From: Trichoplax adhaerens
Lineage: Eukaryota; Animalia; Placozoa
Assembly: GCF_000150275.1 (NCBI RefSeq)
Contig: NW_002060961.1
Span: forward strand, 1,010,600 to 1,074,599
Direction of reading: 5' to 3'
Length of the DNA: 64,000 nucleotides
Below, piece after piece: positions 38,153 to 51,000 of the stretch. Below the pieces are notes generated by a model. That model ran no database searches and had not been told where the DNA came from. It saw only the letters and a program-made list of their open reading frames with translations. Every line of letters starts with the position of its first letter. Position 1 is the stretch's first letter. Both the position numbers and the translations under genes were made by a program.

Positions 38153-39270
38153 GTATATGTGATACACGACTATAGCACAGATATTAACCGCACTACAGTC
38201 AGTCCACCAATAACTTCCACTAAGATTCAATTTTAATTAACTTAGCGATGCGTAAAGACTGGCATCCAATCGATACTTTTAACAATGATTTATAACATAT
38301 ACGTGATTCACGATTACAGTATAGCGCAGACATTAATTGTATGACATTCAATAGGCCTATAGATTCCATTTAGAATAATTCTAATTAACTAGCGATGAGT
38401 CAAAATTGCATCCAACTGAGACTTTTAACTATGATTTATAAAGGGTATGTATGATTGTTACATGACAATCAGTGTTGCTTCTCCTGGGCTTTAATCCGAT
38501 AATTGATACACAAAAATGTCAATCATTTACATCATTATAATAGTAATGGTGTAAATGATAATTTCTTAGGCCACAGATGTAAAATAGTCAATGGTAAAGG
38601 GTTTGATAATGTGGTCAATGACAATAATATAATTACCCTTTCCTGGAAACTGAAATTAAAAAGCTTATTGAATTACATTACGATATCCTATACAATCCTT
38701 CTATAAATTTAGATACAGAGGAAATCAGTATGATACTTCCACCTATTCAATCATTCGAATAGGGTGGTGAACATTGTTAATAATGATAAGAATAAAGTTG
38801 GAGGTAGACAAGAGAAAAATAATTTGCTTCTGACAAAACGAAAAGCGCTGAAAAAGCCTCGTTTTTTTCAAGCTACTTTCAATTTAATCTCATAATCGAA
38901 ACGTAACGATTCCAATTCGATACACAATCTCCAGTTAGATATAAAGATATCTTTCTTAAATACAGAAATATCAGGTAATCAACAATTTAAATTAGAATTT
39001 TGATTTCATGAAGAGATACAATTTACTGAATTACGTGTGAAGGTGCTTTTATAATGATTAGCGACAGATTGATTACAGTTATAAATCAGCCCAACCTTTC
39101 TTTACCGATACTTCTTTGGCGATAATTATCTTTTTTTAGCATAAAGGTGCTTGAAATAACCTTAAAGGATACATTTATACAATACAAAAACATCAAGTAA
39201 TTGTCAATTCACTAATATGTGATATTTTTGGACATTTTAGAGAGCATAGCAACGCAAAAGTTAGTCAATC

Positions 39271-42200
39271 ATGAGACACCAAACCAGACCCAATCCTAAC
39301 GATTATTTGAAACCATTGGTAGACATTGGATTTAATCACTTCAATAAAGGTGAATTTGATCAAGCTCGAATTTGTTTTGAAAAAGCACTACAAAAAATTC
39401 AAGAAATTGGACATACCAGTATATCGCATGATCGATTGAAATTTGATCTTTACTTACAAATTTCACAAACTTATTATAAGCAATTAAAGTACAACGATGC
39501 CATCGAATTCTGCCAAAAAGCAGAAAATATGGCAAGAACTTTTAAACACCGCCTACATATCGCTCAAGCTCTAGAAAGTCGAGGCAAGATTAAAGTAAAA
39601 CAACAACTATTTCATGCAGCTCTTGATGATTATAATGAAGCTCTACAGTTAAAAATAGCCGTGCACGGCAGTAAACATATTGATGTTGCCGACAGTTACC
39701 ATGCTATCGCAGAGATCCATGTCCTACAGCATCAGTATAATCATGCGCTAACACTACAAGAAAATGGTCTCAAAATAAGGCTCAACAAAATGGGAAGAGA
39801 TCATTTTCTAGTAGCTCAATCCTATTACAGTATTGGGTATACTTACTATCATTTACAACAATATGATAAAGCACTGAAAAATTATAAAAATTGCCTGAAT
39901 ATTCGGTTAAAAAAATCAGATAATGATTACTTAGGCCTTGCCGAAACTTATAATGGCTTAGGTGAAACTTATTTTAAATTGCATGATGATGAAAGTGCTA
40001 TCTCTATGTATCAAAAAAGTCTAAATCTCAAGGTATCTGTCTTTGGAGATTACCAAATTGAAAATAGTAATTTATACTATCGTCTTAGTGTAGTATACCT
40101 ACGCCAAAAGCAGTTTGAAGAAGCTTTTTTCGCTATCCAAAAATGTTTAAAAATTAAATTAGAATACGACGGAAATAATCATATTGATGTTGCAAAATGC
40201 TACAACACCATAGCTTGTATTTATACTGGCCAAGGACTATATCATGATTCGGCCATGATGTTTCGAAAAAGTTTACAAATTAAACTAAATATAGCAGGAT
40301 ATGACCAATTTGATATTGCCGATAGCTATCATAATTGTGGTAATGCCTACTTGAAAATTGAAGAATATCAGCAAGCATTATTAATGTACCAAAAAAGTCT
40401 CTTTATTCTCTTACAAATCGCTAAAAATGACTCCCATCGCAAACATATCGCGGATTTATATCGCGTTATTGCCAAAGTTTATTCGTACCAATGCAAAGAT
40501 GCAGAAGCTATCGTTATGCTCGAAAAATATTGTAATATTATTTTAAGTCAACATGGAGAATGCCAAAAAGTGGCTGCTATCTACAAGGAAATAGCAAGTA
40601 AATACGAAAAACTGCACCAGCAAAATGAAGCTTCCCGTATGCATCAAGAAGCTTTGCGTATTATAAAGAATTTTTCGGATGAAAATGATAGCCCAAAATC
40701 GATAGCATTAGCACAACATGGTAATAAATATTCGACAGGGATTATCGTATACTAGAGTACTTGAAAAATGTATACTTTTAATTAAATTGTAATTGTTTAT
40801 TCCATTCGATATGACTCGATTTTATTACATCTTTAGTTGCAATATTTCGAAAAACTCATTGCATAATATCATTTTTACTGATGCTGAAATAGCTTTCTTA
40901 CCTCTCATTAAGCATTTTTGTAAGTTTTCTAATTTTACCTGTATTTCTACATCTTAATTATTTATTTAGCCATCGGGGATCCGAACTATTACAAAGCTTT
41001 CATGAAAGTCCTGAAAGATGAAAAATGTCGCAGTGATTGTACACCAATCGTATTTGTTGGCCCTGAAAATTCTGGTAAAACATCAATTATGAAATTATTC
41101 TCACGACAAGAACTGATTCCAAATCTAATGCCAACACAAATTATCGATAATCCTGGTATCATGATCGATTTAAATAGTTACAAAATTTTTGACAGTGATA
41201 CTTGTGACATTGGTAGGATACTGGATAGAAAAGTTGTTGCAGCTATAGAATCAACTAAATGGGGTATGATTTATCAAGAAGATATGAAAGATTCTAATCA
41301 TTCAAAATCATCCATAGCTAAAACTGCTGATGATTCTCGATTAAATAATGAAAAAATTCAGGCCTCTTTAATCACACCCAATCAATTGCATGAAGAAAGC
41401 ATTGGTAACTTAAAACCTTACGGTGATCATGACTACTTATCCAATGCTTATACTAAACCGGTAAATTTGAAACATTATTTGGATATCTTTAATAATTATT
41501 ACGAACACAGCTTAGTTATAGAAAGTGATGTCAAAACTCACGGCTACAATTGTGGTAAATTATGGGATTTTGGCGGAAACCCCATGCACTGGATTGCTCA
41601 TCAACCTTTCATGTCAGGGAATAGTATTTATATTCTCACTTATAACATTGCTCAAGATATTAATCAAATAGTGCAAACAACAGACATTGATCCTAATAAA
41701 ATGACTTATTTACAAACTATTGAAGAATGTATAACCAATATTGTTGGCAGGCATAGCAATCAGAATAGAATTGAGCCTTGCGATGATGATAATAGTGATT
41801 ATGATAATGATGGTATAAGTAATGAATATTCCTTACCTGTAATTATTTTGGTTGCATCTCATGGCGACTGCGTTCAAAATATCGAAGAACAACGCAGGTT
41901 ATTTGAAGGATTCGAGCAAGCTCTACTTGCCTCTTTACCACAATATGAGAAGCATATTTGCTCTTCAAGTATTATATTTAATTGTGATCCGCATGATACT
42001 AGCCCAGCTACAATCAGTCAACGCAAACAAAGCTGCCATCATTTGCAACAAATTATACAACGTTTCTATAATTCCTTACCTTTACTTAAAAATTTTATTC
42101 CTATTCGTTGGCAAATTATGTCCAATTTAATATTAAAATCGTCGAATAGATCATATCATCAAGTCAATTCTATATTAGTCGATAAAATTAATAAAATCAT

Positions 42201-43717
42201 GTTTGTTAACGAAATAAAACAATTATCAATAGATTGTGGTTTGTATCAAGGCGATCAAGATTTACATGATATGTTGAAATCTTTGCACAATCTCGGAGAT
42301 ATATTATATTTTCAAGACAATCAAGGTGAAGGAATCATTATAACTCAAATTGAATGGCTATCCGATATATTCCGAAGATTATTCACTATGGGTAAAAATG
42401 CAAGAAAAGTAATTGGAAGAAGATTCCTAATTAATTATGCAGCTCGATTTAAAGGTAAAATACCGCAATCATATCTAGATAACATATTAAAGAAGATCTC
42501 TATTACAGATAAACATAAACAAATTATATATCATTTAATGGAAAAATTCGATATGATTTATCCTATGGAAAAAGATGAAAATGATAATTCGGATGATTTG
42601 TATTACTTTGCACCGTTTACAGTAGAACCCCGTATAAGTTTAGGCCATATTAACTTAGCAAGATATCATGTATCAGATTGGCTATATATTGGTTATGATC
42701 AAAATGAGTTATCATTTATTCCTACTAGCGTATTCATTAGCCTTCTCGTGGCTTGTTTCAAGCAGTGGAAGAATTCAAAAGTTGAATTATACTATAATTG
42801 CGTTAAATATTACGTTAAAGCCAATCAATATTCGTATTATTTGATTGTTAAAAAAGCGAAGCGCCATATAGGCTTACGATATTACTGCGAAAAGGAGAGC
42901 AATGCCACGAAAGATAATATTACGAAAGTGATTGATGAAACTCGCCCTCAAGATTTTGTTTATAGTCAATTAATTGCAATTTTGAAGGAAAAGTTACCCA
43001 CTATTAATTGCAATAACTGCCAATTTAGCATACAGTGCCATTGCAATGAAATGGTTACTCTAAATGGATTAGATCAACGTGATTATGAAGCAATTGAGTG
43101 TCATTATTGTCATCAAATTGTTAGGACTCACTATTTGAAAGACTGGACGATTTATACAAGAAACTCAGAAGGTAATGTCTATTGTAATTTTGTGTTAACA
43201 ATGATTAGTAGAGCGGTAAATGTGAGATGATTAGCATTAGTTCAGATACCGGTATACAATCAAATTCTATTGGTACCATTTACATATGAATTTAATCGAT
43301 AAAGCATCTATTTTTCTTTTTTTAGTCTAACCTAGAGACTAGAAAACTTTGCATACTTATGCATCAATAGCTAGTCTCAATCACTGCTCGACACCAAACT
43401 CTATTATCGGCATACTAACTGATTTCTACATTAATTCTTTTATTGTAGTGCCTCAATGTTATTTTTTCAAGATTTCTAAGCACATTGGGATAGATTGGAC
43501 TAAATTAGCAGCAAAGCTGGATGCTAACATTGATGTAGATACAATCAAAGTTGAAAATCAAACAGTTTTTGATCGTGCATTAAAGTTATTAAATGAGTGG
43601 TTTAATAGAAATTGTAGCAGTAATGCAACTCAAAATTTGATTACTGCTTTGAGAGATATTGATCGATATGATATTCTACTAAAGTTAGGAATCTCTGGCA
43701 ATAAACTTGACATGTAG
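39271..43717 (+). CDS. Roco protein 1: TPR array - Roc GTPase - COR - Cys cluster - Death domain (~1306 aa)
   Basis: Exons 39271-40720, 40970-43171 and 43449-43717 join three separate ORFs through phase-1 GT-AG introns. 42-aa TPRs (IADSYHNCGNAY...), P-loop GPENSGKTS, G3 LWDFGG, G4-like LVASHGD, COR signatures IPIRW and LKSLHNLGDILYF, Death domain IGIDWTKLAAKL...LLNEWF...LITALRDIDRYDI. Confidence 0.88.
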
Positions 43718-44166
43718 ACCCTTATGAGCATTTTGACCCAATATTTACTTGATTACTGTATTAATGTAGGTAATATTGGATGTGATTGATCGATTTATGA
43801 TGGATTTTACATGAAGTTAATCCGATTTACCCTTCTAAATATGCTTATATTTTGGATATTAGCCAAAAGTTAAATATCATAGGCTCTAAAATTGTAAGAG
43901 AGCTATTCTAACATGGTATAGTTGAGTACTACAGAAACTAATAATGCTAAACTTCACCGAATATTAAATATTTTTGTCTTTAATCCTATGAGTTATGAAA
44001 AGAATCAATTTCATCTTCTATCGTATTGTATAAAACAATTTTGGCTGTGTATTACCTAAATGATGTTCTTTGTTTTCTGTTAAAATATTTTTGACCGTAA
44101 ATATTGTAATTATCACTTACCTATGATATTACTCCGATTAATTCAAGCGAAAAGTGAGCCAGTTTG

Positions 44167-44795
44167 TAATAAAGATATCATAATTCATCGGACATTATTT
44201 TTGATCTTTATTCATCAAAATAGAAGAATTTGTTGAACAAAATGCGAAATATTTACTGCGCCTGAATATAATACCACAAATAGAGGCTGCTGACAAAAAG
44301 AATATTTTATACAATAAATATAAAGCGTGATCGAAAATACTATTTTAATATCCTACAAGCTTGTTTCATATTTGGAAGCAAAGTGCAAGGAACTGAGCAA
44401 TTTGATAATAAAGCTATTTGTGGAGTACCCCGATGTTCTTCGTGATTCAAACTTTTAACTCTTCTAGTTCATTAACTAATGCTAATAAAGATATCGTAGT
44501 TCTTTGGACCTTGCTTTTAATCTTTACTCATCAAAATAAAAGAATTTCATAAAGGGAATGCGAAATACTTGCGCCTTAGCCTAATATTACCGATAGTTGT
44601 TCCTGATAGAAAAACTGTATTTACATAATTAATATAAAGTGCCATCGAAAATACTATTAAAGATCCAATAAGCTCGTCTTATATTTGGGCTGAGCTAGTA
44701 GCGAACTGAACAATTTGATGATATAGCCATCTATGAAGCGCGCTGCCGTTTTTGTGATTCAAATTTTAGTTTCTCCAGGTTAATTAACCATCGTT
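44167..44795. repeat. Diverged direct tandem duplication, 316 bp x2
   Basis: taataaagatatc starts at 44167 and 44483; colinear blocks tcatcaaaata, atgcgaaata, atcgaaaatactatt, caatttgat and gtgattcaaa. Confidence 0.8.
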
Positions 44796-47700
44796 ATGTT
44801 GGTAATTAGATTTAATTACGTAATTTCATTTGTTTCTATATATTGATCATGAACAAAAACAACGCAATATAATGCTCAACTAAACACTATTACTATTCAC
44901 AGTGTCTACAGCCTCTTTGAGGGCCCACAACAGGTTCTGTTCTTGCCAGATAGAGGAATTTCAGTACATTGCAAATTTATAGCAACGAGCTAACAATTGG
45001 AATACTGCACTATAAAGTTCACAATTTTAATATCGAACTTTGAACATCAGACAAGGATTATAGAAACATTAGAAGTTCAACAATCTCTCTACCTAAAGTA
45101 ATGCATGGAATTTATAAGAAAAGCATAGGAATTAATGAATGGTCCCGATTATCCTCATCCATTGAAATTATAATTAGTACCGTAGGCGATGGAGCAATAT
45201 GAATGACAATGGCATTGAGTAGAAAGTAATGTCTGGCAGGTTTATTAGCTCTAACGGGTGACGGAGAAAGAGATTCTAAATAATATCGTTACCTACGGTA
45301 CTTCTAACTCATAACAAGGTACTCTACTCGAAGAAAAATCCCTTATTTTCTCTATTTTCTTAGCAAATTCTATACCAGTCAGGTTTCTAAGTTCGAAAGA
45401 CTCAACTTGGACCGAATCATCTCACAAGCTAGTAGACTAATTTCAAAGACTCTGTTGCATTATATAATTATGGCAAGTTTTACTGTACTAGCGCTTCTAA
45501 TACTATTGAAAATACCCTTGCTCTGTTTTTAGTTACTGAATTCTTTGCCTGTGGGAAAGATCTTTTAAGGTTGCATAGTAAATAGCGATGGTGATAGTAA
45601 GTTCTTATTAATCATACTCGTATATTGTTATTGTACTCTATATTGGTCAATATGATTCTTTTGTTGACAAAAGAATCTCTACCATCAGATAAAAAATCAA
45701 TCATCATCACTCATTATAATTACTTAACCCAAGTCTGTTAATATAAAAAGAAAAAAGTGGCAGGAGTATTCTTAACTGCATTAAAAGCGATAATATCACT
45801 TTCCTGCTATGAGTATCGTTAGATGTACAAGTATTTAGTTCCTTTACAAGCTCTAATCGTATGATATCAAGGATTGAAAGTACAGCGATTATTGAATAAG
45901 TTATTATTGAACTTTTCATCGAACAGTAGCGTTGGTGGGAACGATCAGCATTCAAAGTCTAAATTTGACGACAATGCTGTTAACTTTGTTATGTACTAGT
46001 AATACTATCAGCATAGTGAGCAAATATAGAGATACTGCATAGTCTAGTAAAAAGACGGCAATTACTTGCTGGTTTTAGAATACCTTGAATAGACCATGTT
46101 ATATGACGTAATAGTTTGTAGAACTTTACACTAGTATGCTATGTTTTATTTATGCGAAAGCAACCGAAAATGATGTAGATTATGCGTGCAAACCACGTTG
46201 AGCGTCTACTTTGTCTAGCGCGATTGACCTATAATAATTATAATTAATGGATAATATGAAGAAAGACAACCATTGTGTAAGAGAGCGAAAGAGTATTTCA
46301 TAATTATGTGATTTAGTATGACAATTTTAATTATTGGTGGTGTTCGTAGGATAAAAAAGGAAATGTTCACTGTTATGTCTGTTAGTTGATATATGAGTCT
46401 ATTTCAATGTTGCTACGACCCACTGTCGATTGATTGATTGGTAGTTTTACATCATTGTTGATAAACAAAGCACGATATTAAATGGCTGTCACGGCATGAA
46501 TCACCCGGAAGAGTCAATGACTAAATTTAGTGATTAACATTTCTATATGAAGATAGCTAATAATGACTTACAATAAGAGCTAGGGTAGGAGAAAATTAAT
46601 GATATGCCACTAGACAGTATTTTGCGGTATTTAATGATATGCCATCGTAATTTATCGAAATTTAATAATATGGATCAATTTAAAATTAGCTACCGTATAA
46701 CAACTCTTACAACAGTACAGTATAATTTACTATATAACAAAATGAATTGATTATAGTGTTATGTCTTGTAACGCTTGTGATGAATATCCTGAAGATATTC
46801 AATTTTAGAGGATACTATAAATAATTCTGTGTATAGACATACCGTAATCTAATTATCTAGAATCGTTCAGTATATCTCTAAGATTATGAATAATTTCTGT
46901 ATTAATTTAGCTATTCCAATAAGAACTAAATTGCATGATCTGTTATGACTCATACATGATAGCTGGCGCCGGAGGGTAATTAAGCTCGGCAGATAATTGA
47001 ATAAAAGAAAAGTGCTATAGTTCTTTACCGCAGAAGCAAAGGCGTCTAAATTCTTGTGAGGTAGTTAAGGATAATAAATCCCGGAAGCTATAGTAATTTA
47101 GAGGTTTGTTTTACGTTGTCTTTACCGCGGTTTTTTTGTTTTATTGTTTCTTTAGTATAAAATAATAAATTATCTGGATTATAATTAATTGATTACAATC
47201 ACATGCCTACACCTAATAGTATTAACAAAGCCGACTAGTGTAAAAAAATTACAAGAGCATCCTGAACAGTGCAAGTAGCAAAAAAACATTTTCTTTCTTG
47301 AGGATCAGTAGACATATGCAGTTCTGTAGCAAAATCTTCTGGCTTGGGATAGTATTAATAAAAGATATGCAAAAAAGTCAAATTAACATACTTATATTCT
47401 AACTTTTATCAATCTTAATCCACGTCTTTAAAACGCAAAATCGATATCACCGTTAATTAATGTTATAAATCAAATTTTCTTCTTTCAGTTAATCTTTTAA
47501 TTTTTCGCATTTCTAAATCTTAACCTATACCATTAACGAACAATTGACATCATTATTCATTAACGAACCAATTTTCTTTGTAAGCTTAATCTTTCATGTC
47601 TACAGACATGTAAAAATAGATGGTATGGTGATTTTATCACATTAATGTATTTCAAAACTGTAACAATAAAATGATTATATTACAAGGTATTCGCTAGTTA

Positions 47701-48072
47701 TTTACATATTTAATTACACCCCTTAGCTATTAATCGAAACTAGAACTATTGTTCCATTTTTAAATTCACCGAGAATATGATAGTAATAATTTGAGGCATT
47801 CGTAATTTAGAAAAGAATTCGTAACAATGACATATGCCTATTAAACTGCCGGATTAGCTACTATACGTATCATTGAATAACTTGATATAGCAATAAAAAG
47901 GAAATATACGATCTGTTTTTATTCTTGCTGCATTCTAGTCAGAAGTAAGTGTTTGCCGTTCCGTTCGTCCACAGCTATCTATCGCATTAAAACTGCACCC
48001 TTTCACAGTTTAAAACGCTGCTCACTAATACCCACAAGCCTACAGCTAAAACTGATTTCCTTTCGACAACCA

Positions 48073-51000
48073 ATGGAAATAAAACTTCAACGTAAAGAAG
48101 CTAATAAGCTTTTTAAACAAGGATCCTATGAAGAAGCTCGATCTCTTTATAGGCAAGTGTTGGATCGAATTGGAGGGTCTAATGTATTGCCTCGATTCGA
48201 GATCACACTCCAGATTGTTAAAACCTCTATTTATCTCCAAGATTACGAGATTGCAAAAAGTGACTGTGAGAGTGCTAAACTACTAGCAAGAAGATTAAGT
48301 GACAAGAAACTTCTCCAATGCGAGAAATATTTAGGTGAGATTTGCCATCAACAAGGTAATCATGAAGACGCATTACAATATTACAATTTAGCTTACCGAC
48401 TATCAGTACAAATTAACGGAAGCAAACATCTTACAACTGCTGATATATCGCACCAGATTGGAGATGTATACGTAGCAATGCAACATTACAGCGATGCTTT
48501 AACGTCCTATAAGCAAGCACTGAAGGTAAGACAAAAAAGACTTGCGAAATTCAGCAAATTGATCGCTAACTCATACTTTGCTATTGGAAATGTTTACTCT
48601 TGTGAAAGAGAGTATAAACTAGCCATCACAAACTTTCAAGAGAGTTTAGCTATTCGACACAAACTGTTTGAAAATAATCATTTGCTTATTGCTGACTGCT
48701 ACGAAAGATTAGCGCAGATATGTAACGATCAATGTAAATTTCATGAAGCTGCATCATTGTTTGAAAAATGTCTTAAAATTTACCTAGTAGTTGGTGGTAA
48801 AACAAATTTCGATGTTGCACAACTTTACCGTAACATTGGATTGGCCAAATTTGATAATGGTGATCATGGAGAGGCCCTTTCTAGTCATCAGAAATGCTTA
48901 GAAATCTGCATCAACATATATGGAGAAGAGCATCCTAACGTAGCTATGTCGTATAGCAGTTTGGCTTCTATATACTATCAGCAAGAGGAATACCAGCAAG
49001 CTTATGATATGTTTCGAAAGTCTCTGGATATTAATTTGAAAGTATTAGGTAGTAATCACTGGATAATTGCTGATACTTATCATAATATCGGTAATATTCA
49101 TTATAATCAAGAAAAATGCAGCGATGCTTTAAAGATGTACCAGGTAGCTATGTTCATGCGACTGAAACAAACAAGAAATGATCATATTCGACATCGTATT
49201 GCTGATTCGTATTTCGTAGTTGCTAATGTATATGCAAAGCAGTCAAAGTACCATGATGCTCTGGAAATGTTTCTAAAGTCTGTCAGTATTTTCCAAAATT
49301 TATATGGAGAAAGTAATATTGTAGCCATAATTTATCAAAAAATTGCGGAGTTATACGATAGGGATGGCAGAGCTGACGACGCAAATGATATGCGATCGAG
49401 AGCTTCGGAAATATTCGATAGATTAGAGCATGGACAAATTCCAACACCGATACAAACTACATCACCAGGTACAGTATTACAAGTCAAACTGTATAATAGA
49501 GCAGAAATTTCCAACTGAAATATTTTTATCAAAGTAATTAGCCAAAGTTGCGACTTGATGGTAGCTAATTTCTTACCAACAACTACTAGTTTTACGCGTA
49601 TACAAAATGCCTTTCATAAGATACCATAAGGTAGAGACGCTGAAATCTATTCCTAACGGAAGCATAACTTAGTTTATATCTTTCATTTTATAAGACATTG
49701 TATTGTATGCTTTACTTTACATATAAGATATATTAAATATTCATTTTCAGCCCTAAAATCATTCATTTTACAAGCTAATTCTAAATTTTGTTGTTGGACG
49801 TTTCAAAGTGTTACTTGCATTTATTTATTACGCGCTTAATTTAACTAGACGTTATTGTTGTTGTAGTTATCGTCGAAAATGATTACTTCAAGGCTTACAT
49901 GATTGCTACAATATATGAAGAATGCCATAGCGATTGCACACGCCTCACATTTATTGGTCCTAGCGATTCTGGTAAAAATTTTATCGTCAAGTTGTTAACG
50001 AAGCAAAATCTTACATCGCCATATGTCGCTGAAAATACTGAAGCAATGCTGGATCTTTCCACTGGTAATATCTTTAAACAGAAGACAGATGACTATCGTA
50101 AAATAGTCGGTAAAAAGATTGCTGCAACAATGCTGTCGATAACGCAACAGATGGAGAGTCAGTATAAAATGGAAGAGAGTTCTTTATCTGAGCTAATACT
50201 TTCGAAAATTGAAACAGTCCCGGAGGCGAACCCTACTATCATTTCTTCTTTCACTTCTGAATATGATGAAAACAGACTTGAAGAAAGAATTTCAAATACC
50301 GATACGAATCTAAACGCTAGTCCAAGCACTCAATATGCTAGTGTAGATACTAGACGATATTTAGATACATTCAATGATTTCATGCAGCAGTCTCTTCAAC
50401 TATGTGATGCAGACAATTCTCAAAGATCTTATTACAGCAATGTTTGGGAATTCGGAAGTAAGATATCGTGGAATCTACGCCAACTTTTTACGCTTCGTAA
50501 CAGCATCTATATTTTGACATTGGACATTACTGAAGCTACAAACCAAACATCTGCAACGAACGAGGAGCGTACAACATTGAATACCTTTCTAGATAGTATC
50601 AAAGAATGTTTAGTCTCTGTTCTTGACGGTCACTGCGATGATGCCATTTCAGATCCAATTCAAGTTGACGATGCTGACTTGGATGTCGGTATATATGAAG
50701 AATTTGCATTACCTGTCGTTATCTTTGTTGGATTTCATAATGATTGCGTAACCTCAGATACTGTAAGAATTTTCAATAATTTAACAGAAACAATTTTTTC
50801 AACCTTTCCACAGTACAGTCGACATATTATACCGTCCGATGTTGTGTTTAATTGCAATCCGAAAGATACTAGCTCTTATGCAATTGAACAGCGTGAGACA
50901 TCTTGTCAGGCATTACGCAAATTAATTCAGCATTTTACTAAATTAATGCCTGTATTGCAAGACTGTGTTCCAATACGATGGCATATCTTGCTATCTATAC

